64,000 nucleotides of DNA, from NCBI GenBank assembly GCA_963778115.1, contig CAVZSV010000004.1, positions 2,848,001-2,912,000 on the forward strand, read 5' to 3'. The stretch's first letter is position 1. Every line of letters starts with the position of its first letter. The notes under the pieces were generated by a model that was not told where the DNA came from, searched no databases, and saw only the letters and a list, made by a program, of their open reading frames with translations. The translations under genes were made by a program, and so were the position numbers. This document shows, piece by piece, positions 59,495 to 64,000 of this stretch. This DNA is from an uncultured delta proteobacterium. GTDB lineage: Bacteria > Bdellovibrionota > FAC87 > UBA2466.

Positions 59495-59767
59495 ATGTTG
59501 GAGATTGACGTTGTCATTAACGGGAAGCTTATTCAGCCCGACAGTCAAGACGAACTCGAACGCATCGTTCGAGATACTGTCAGCAAGAGAATAATCCAAA
59601 TCCTAGGTCCCATTCGTTGTCCGGAACATCACGGTTATCCGCACATCGTTGCCAAAGGAAGATCCATAAATAAAATGGATCTCGATGTGAAAGGATGCTG
59701 CGGAAGCTTGGTACAGTCAGTAGAAGAAAAACTCGGTGCCCGTCGACTTTCAGGACCTGTCGTTTGA
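59495..59767 (+). CDS. Small hypothetical protein with CPEH..GCC putative metal site
   Basis: 90-aa ORF; TGC-TATGAC 6 nt before ATG. Confidence 0.7.
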   Translation: MLEIDVVINGKLIQPDSQDELERIVRDTVSKRIIQILGPIRCPEHHGYPHIVAKGRSINKMDLDVKGCCGSLVQSVEEKLGARRLSGPVV

Positions 59768-59807
59768 GATCCAAATCCTCACTAGGTCCTGAAAGTCGAC
59801 GGGCACC
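59735..59807. repeat. 24-bp perfect inverted repeat
   Basis: GGTGCCCGTCGACTTTCAGGACCT (59735-59758) / AGGTCCTGAAAGTCGACGGGCACC (59784-59807). Confidence 0.95.
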
Positions 59808-59897
59808 TCTTTCCCCTCTTTCCGTCTCGAGGATTGAAAAATGGTCTCACGGGTTCAGCTTTCGGTCCTTGGTACGGTCAAGGAAAGCTAGATATTC

Positions 59898-59913
59898 TGG
59901 CCAGAGATTTGCT
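59898..59913 (+). promoter_or_regulatory. sigma54 -24/-12 promoter candidate
   Basis: TGGCCAGAGATTTGCT, 13 nt before ATG 59927. Confidence 0.5.
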
Positions 59914-59926
59914 TTCTTTCGTATCC

Positions 59927-60400
59927 ATGAAAAATATCGATCGAAATACGGAATCAAATTTAAACACGCGTCCGTTTGAATTTCAGAATTGGCCTGTATA
60001 TCAGCATGCGGTGGAGTTCGGGATCTCCGCGCACGAACTCTGTGGAGAATTCCCGAAAGAAGGAGCGAGATCGATTTCAGACCAGTTGAGAAGGGCTAGT
60101 CAGTCCATTTCCTTTAATATCGCGGAAGGAAGTTCAAGATTCGGGGCTAAGGAGAAAGCGAATTTCCTGAGGATCGCGAGGGGATCTGTCTTTGAGTGCG
60201 TTGCGATACTGGATTTGTTGCGAGGATTTAAGTGGGTTGATCGGGAAAGGGTTGAGAAGTTGCAAGGGGAGCTGGGGTTAATGGGGCGGATGCTTTCGGG
60301 GTTTATTAATCATATTGAAGGTAGGAACCGAAGAGAAGAGCCAAGAGCAGGCATTGATCGACCGGCTACGCCGGCTTCCGGATCAAGGATAAATCCTTAA
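59927..60400 (+). CDS. Four-helix-bundle protein (23S rRNA IVP / bAvd-like family)
   Basis: FQNWPVYQ, DQLRRASQSISFNIAEGSSR, FLRIARGSVFEC, MLSGFI. Confidence 0.92.
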   Translation: MKNIDRNTESNLNTRPFEFQNWPVYQHAVEFGISAHELCGEFPKEGARSISDQLRRASQSISFNIAEGSSRFGAKEKANFLRIARGSVFECVAILDLLRGFKWVDRERVEKLQGELGLMGRMLSGFINHIEGRNRREEPRAGIDRPATPASGSRINP

Positions 60401-60419
60401 GGATTTATAGTTAACGTCA

Positions 60420-60443
60420 TTTTTTTCGCCTCGGGCGAAAAAA

Positions 60444-60444
<1 letters not shown>
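60420..60444. terminator. Bidirectional terminator, probably the original tRNA terminator
   Basis: T7-CGCC-TCG-GGCG-A7 abutting the displaced tRNA 3' fragment. Confidence 0.8.
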
Positions 60445-60488
<44 letters not shown>

Positions 60489-60627
60489 GGAAGGTCGTGT
60501 TTTTGAGGCCCATTGTAAAACGCTAGAATCAAAGGTTAACTCAAAGCAATAACTGGGAGTTAGGTCTCTTAGCCGGTCCAGCAAATTTCGGTTCTTTCCC
60601 ACAAAGTTCGGTCTGTTTCTATTCCTT

Positions 60628-60649
60628 GTGCTACATCGGTGCTACATCG
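60628..60649 (+). repeat. Tandem arm-type repeat, left end
   Basis: GTGCTACATCG x2. Confidence 0.75.
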
Positions 60650-60666
60650 CAGGCTCAAATCTCCTC

Positions 60667-60698
60667 TTGCAATAGTACACCTATTTGGTGTACTATTG
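60667..60698 (+). promoter_or_regulatory. TA promoter with overlapping palindromic operator
   Basis: TTGCAA-N18-TACTAT; CAATAGTACACC-N5-GGTGTACTATTG (60670-60698). Confidence 0.8.
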
Positions 60699-60703
60699 TC
60701 CTC

Positions 60704-60982
60704 GTGATATTCAGCGTTGAACTTACAGAACGAGCTAAGAAAGAGCTACGGAAGTTGCCTCAGTTCATCGTTCTGAAGCTCCAAGACTGGATCGAAGATG
60801 TCGAGGAACGTGGATTGGAAGAGGTTCGGAAAATTTCTGGATATCACGATGAACCCTGTAAAGGGGAAATGCGGGGCTTTCGATCGATCCGTTTGAGTCG
60901 GGCTTATAGAGCCTACTATACGATTCAGAAGTCCAAGGTCGAATTTGTGAGAATTGAAAGGGTAGATAAACATGAATACTAA
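60704..60982 (+). CDS. Type II TA toxin, RelE/HigB/YafQ superfamily
   Basis: VELTERAKKELRKLP..GYHDEPCKG..GFRSIRLSRAYRAYY..VDKHEY; GTG 60704 is 7 nt after the -10 box. Confidence 0.88.
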   Translation: MIFSVELTERAKKELRKLPQFIVLKLQDWIEDVEERGLEEVRKISGYHDEPCKGEMRGFRSIRLSRAYRAYYTIQKSKVEFVRIERVDKHEY

Positions 60983-61292
60983 GCCGAAAAAAAAGAGCGA
61001 TTCGATTCGATTTTTGGAAGGGATTACGGGTGGTCCCATTACCTTTGGTAAGCTTTTGGAGGCTATTCGTTTTGGAGAGGAAATGACTCAGCCGGGATTT
61101 GCCAAACTCCTGGGTTTATCTAAATCGCACCTGAATGATATTGAAAAAGGGCGAAAGGCTGTGAGTCCTGAGCGTGCGGCCAGGTTTGCGAAGGTGCTTG
61201 GGTATTCGGAGGAGAGGTTCGTGGCGCTTTCGCTTCAGGCGCAGATTGATAGTGCGGGTCTTAAGCTAAAGGTCGATGTGAAAGCTGCTTGA
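60972..61292 (+). CDS. HigA-like XRE-HTH antitoxin
   Basis: MTQPGFAKLLGLSKSHLNDIEKGRKAVSPERAARFAKVLG; overlaps the toxin stop, toxin-first order. Confidence 0.9.
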   Translation: MNTKPKKKSDSIRFLEGITGGPITFGKLLEAIRFGEEMTQPGFAKLLGLSKSHLNDIEKGRKAVSPERAARFAKVLGYSEERFVALSLQAQIDSAGLKLKVDVKAA

Positions 61293-61318
61293 AGGCTTCC
61301 GAGCAAAAGTGTCCAGTC

Positions 61319-62455
61319 CTAAAGGCTTTTGGGATGACGCGCGACCGGAGTACCCAATCTGTACCAGCTGTCTTCCAGCTCTTTGGTGTATGCTTTGCGT
61401 GAGAGGGGCGCGCCTTCGGTGTAAATTGAGACACTGCCATTTCTTAAGTCTAGCTCCACATCCACATTGCCTTCATTCCTCTGTAGAGTGTTCACATACT
61501 TGAAGTTAGCGGCGGGAATTTCCGCGGCAAGCAACCGATTTCTGATGTTCCAAACTAAATCGTCTGATAATCCCTTCCATCCGCCGACCATGCCGACTTC
61601 CAAATCGGTGAGAGCGATACCTCGCACTTCAAACTCCGTGAGCATGCGATCGAAATCGAATGCCACTTCTGCAGCGGACTTGGCGTGCATGTGAACTAAG
61701 AGCCCCGATTTTGTTTTTGCATCCCACAGCGTCACCACGACGCAGGGACCGGCCCCGGAAGTTTGTGCTCGTATGTTTTTCGCCGCGGTGGTGAAGATGT
61801 ATCCATTCTGTGGCACTTTAGGGGCGGACTTATCGTCCTCGCTAACTCCGATGGTTTTTGAGTCCTCAGGGGAAGGAAGACTCGAGTTGTCGTCGAGCAA
61901 TTTCCACTCATTCATCACGCCGGTTTGAACCGCGGTGGGCAATCCTTCTAAGAGTTCTAGCTCCACATGTGTTCGCATGTTTGTTTCGGGCTCTCTCAAG
62001 GTAAGCATCATCTTTGCCACTCGTTTCGGATCATTCTCGGCGATAGGAAGAAGCCACTGGTTTTTCCATTCAGGGTTAGGACTTTCGAGTAAGAGCCAAG
62101 CAAGTTTGGAATTTGAAAGAGCTTTGATGGTCCTAATTTGATCTTTAGGCGACACTCTCTGTAGTATTTCCACTAACGGAGGATTGGCGATTCCGTTCAT
62201 CTCAATGTCCGAGAGGTGTCCGTCATGATCGAGATCAATAACAGCTAAAGTGGCTCGCGTAGCCGCTGTCGGAAGATTCTTTAGTGCAGGAATAATCGTT
62301 ATGGCTGCTCCCACCAACGCGCTCGCGCAGTAGCTAATGATGGCCCCCCGACTTCGCCATACTGGAACTGGAGAAGTCTTCGCCGCCCAACTCGGGGGAA
62401 GGGCGAAGATGAATGTTAGCAATACCAATAATTTAGTAGGACCGGCAACTTTCAT
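61319..62455 (-). CDS. Secreted EF-hand + CheD-like (Cys/His) deamidase-domain protein
   Basis: Signal peptide; CASALV; DLDHDGHLSDIE EF-hand loop; TSGAGPCVVVTLWD..GLLVH, VGMVGG, VELDLRNGSV; start 62455 or 62476. Confidence 0.72.
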   Translation of the reverse strand: MKVAGPTKLLVLLTFIFALPPSWAAKTSPVPVWRSRGAIISYCASALVGAAITIIPALKNLPTAATRATLAVIDLDHDGHLSDIEMNGIANPPLVEILQRVSPKDQIRTIKALSNSKLAWLLLESPNPEWKNQWLLPIAENDPKRVAKMMLTLREPETNMRTHVELELLEGLPTAVQTGVMNEWKLLDDNSSLPSPEDSKTIGVSEDDKSAPKVPQNGYIFTTAAKNIRAQTSGAGPCVVVTLWDAKTKSGLLVHMHAKSAAEVAFDFDRMLTEFEVRGIALTDLEVGMVGGWKGLSDDLVWNIRNRLLAAEIPAANFKYVNTLQRNEGNVDVELDLRNGSVSIYTEGAPLSRKAYTKELEDSWYRLGTPVARHPKSL

Positions 62456-62550
62456 AAAAGTTGTGCAACCTACCATAAATCAAGAGGTGAATCCAATTCT
62501 AAGAAAATCTCAAATTTGGTTTGGTCTGGTTCGGTTCTCTTCCATTTCGC

Positions 62551-62572
62551 GTGCTACATTTGTGCTACATCG
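62551..62572 (+). repeat. Tandem arm-type repeat, right end
   Basis: GTGCTACATTT GTGCTACATCG. Confidence 0.75.
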
Positions 62573-62684
62573 AACTGAAAAGGTCACATCAGAGCGGCTA
62601 CGCCGCTTTATCCTAATTTTAATCTTGAGATTAATCCTTAATGATTTCCCGCTGGTTCGGGAGATCTATCCGGTTGGTCAAATA

Positions 62685-62758
<74 letters not shown>

Positions 62759-62777
62759 ACAAAAATGTCAGAGCCGG

Positions 62778-62806
62778 AGAGTACGGGGGCAGGGGCGGGA
62801 TGTCAA
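62778..62806 (-). promoter_or_regulatory. sigma70 promoter of the tRNA
   Basis: TTGACA-N17-TACTCT on minus strand with GC-rich discriminator. Confidence 0.8.
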
Positions 62807-62964
62807 ATCTAACAATTGGATAAGGTTGGGTTTATGGTCGTTGAGTTGAAATAGTTGAGCGCTATCGGTGGATTACTGAGAGGGGGGACGGGGTGCGATC
62901 ATCGTCCGCACTGGCGTGGAGTCAGGTTACTTCGGCTTTGCCTTCGCCTCGCCATGACCTCTTC

Positions 62965-63840
62965 CTAGTTCACCAGATCAGTGGGTGGCTCTTCGGAAGA
63001 AGGCTCGGTCTCCATAGGGGGCTCGCCAGTGTCTCCTTCGCAGACCGCTTCGGCCGTTGCCCCTTTTCGCGGCTTACGAAAAGGTTTCTGATAAGCCAAA
63101 AATCCTTCCAGGGCGGCTTCGTTTTCCGTGGCGATTTCGGCATGCAGAGGCGATTCATGAATCTCTTTGTCCGCGCGTTGAGCGCTTTGGATAAGGGTAT
63201 CGATCTCTTGAAGGCCTTGCGTGTCCTCAACGATCTCTTGAGGAGTGGGAGTGGTTGCGATGAATCTTTCAAGTCCATCTTCCAGGGGCTTTGTCGGATC
63301 TTCGGTGTTGCCTTGAAGTTGTTCCAATTCAGATAGCGGAGGCAATTCGCCTACCGACTTAAGTCCCGTTACTTCAAGGAATCGAGGCGTGGTGCAGTAT
63401 TGAACGGGCCTACCCGGAACATCGGCTTTACCTGCCATCTTGACGAGGCCGCGCTCGATGAGCGTTCGCATCAAGTGGGAGCTATCGATACCGCGAACTT
63501 TATCGATTTCAGCGCGCGTAATGGGTTGTCGATAGGCAATGATGGCCAAAGTTTCCAAGGCGGATCGTCCGAGACGGAACGGTTTGGTCTGTAAGAATTT
63601 ACGAATCCATTCAGCGTTTACGGCCTTACTGCAAAAATGGTATCCGCCTTGGGCCTCACGCAATTCAAAGCCATGGGTTTGATCGGCGTATTTAGCTTTG
63701 ATGGTTTCAATTAACGAGGCGATCTCTTGTTCCGAAACCGTTTCCGCTCCGAGCACTTCCACCAAGCGGGGCAGTGTCACAGGTCGGTCCGAGACGAACA
63801 GTATCGATTCGACGGCTGAAGTAAGTTGTTCCTGTTCCAT
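62965..63840 (-). CDS. scpB: SMC-Scp complex subunit ScpB
   Basis: VESILFVSDRPV, LETLAIIAYRQPITRAEIDKVRGIDS, GRPVQYCTT..FL; acidic tail. Confidence 0.97.
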   Translation of the reverse strand: MEQEQLTSAVESILFVSDRPVTLPRLVEVLGAETVSEQEIASLIETIKAKYADQTHGFELREAQGGYHFCSKAVNAEWIRKFLQTKPFRLGRSALETLAIIAYRQPITRAEIDKVRGIDSSHLMRTLIERGLVKMAGKADVPGRPVQYCTTPRFLEVTGLKSVGELPPLSELEQLQGNTEDPTKPLEDGLERFIATTPTPQEIVEDTQGLQEIDTLIQSAQRADKEIHESPLHAEIATENEAALEGFLAYQKPFRKPRKGATAEAVCEGDTGEPPMETEPSSEEPPTDLVN

Positions 63841-63889
63841 AATCGTCTCCTAAAACACTTAAAATTGGTCACTTAACAAACTTGCCCAG

Positions 63890-64000
63890 TTAAAACTGGT
63901 CAAGTAACCCCATATTCAACTCGCGCACACTACGAACTTTTCTGATTTGAATGGGTCCAAAAGTTTCGGTCTGCAGAATCTCTACAAATTTTAACTTCGC
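63890..64000 (-). CDS. scpA: ScpA C-terminal end (gene starts outside window)
   Basis: Hand translation AKLKFVEILQTETFGPIQIRK..LLDQF* matches the ScpA winged-helix end; directly upstream of scpB. Confidence 0.8.
   Translation of the reverse strand, partial: AKLKFVEILQTETFGPIQIRKVRSVRELNMGLLDQF

Noticed and set aside
59927..60400. Avd-like gene as part of a diversity-generating retroelement
   Set aside because: No reverse transcriptase and no TR/VR pair noticed in the window; stand-alone four-helix-bundle genes are common

Overview
Bacterial chromosome segment of roughly 50% GC. The gene content (many orphan Sec-secreted proteins, RCC1/NHL/Ig-rich surface proteins, sigma54 promoters, SahR-ahcY) suggests a Bdellovibrionota/Oligoflexia-like deltaproteobacterium; this is inference. 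Recognisable genes are sahR-ahcY, mgtA, a di-haem cytochrome c peroxidase, dps, hutG-hutF plus an alkyltransferase-like gene, dinB, MFS and APC transporters, scpB, the 3' end of scpA, and an initiator tRNA-fMet. Best leads: (1) A 2.24-kb integrase-less mini-island in the 3' half of tRNA-fMet, bounded by a 45-bp direct repeat with paired GTGCTACAT arm-like repeats inside both ends. It carries a RelE/HigA-type toxin-antitoxin pair and a secreted EF-hand + CheD-like deamidase. (2) A dispersed set of unrelated secreted proteins sharing a short 'C-[AGQ]-x-small/hydrophobic-hydrophobic' tag just after the signal peptide (once at the C-terminus), joined to payloads that look cytoplasm-active or toxin-like. 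This is a candidate undescribed effector-sorting signal. (3) Regulatory structure readable in the DNA: tandem SahR boxes, a perfect 18-bp operator beside a membrane LuxR, a LysR box shared by two flanking genes, recurrent sigma54 sites and leaderless promoters. No CRISPR array, rRNA, transposase, integrase or reverse transcriptase was seen. All family assignments come from motif recognition by eye, not database searches.
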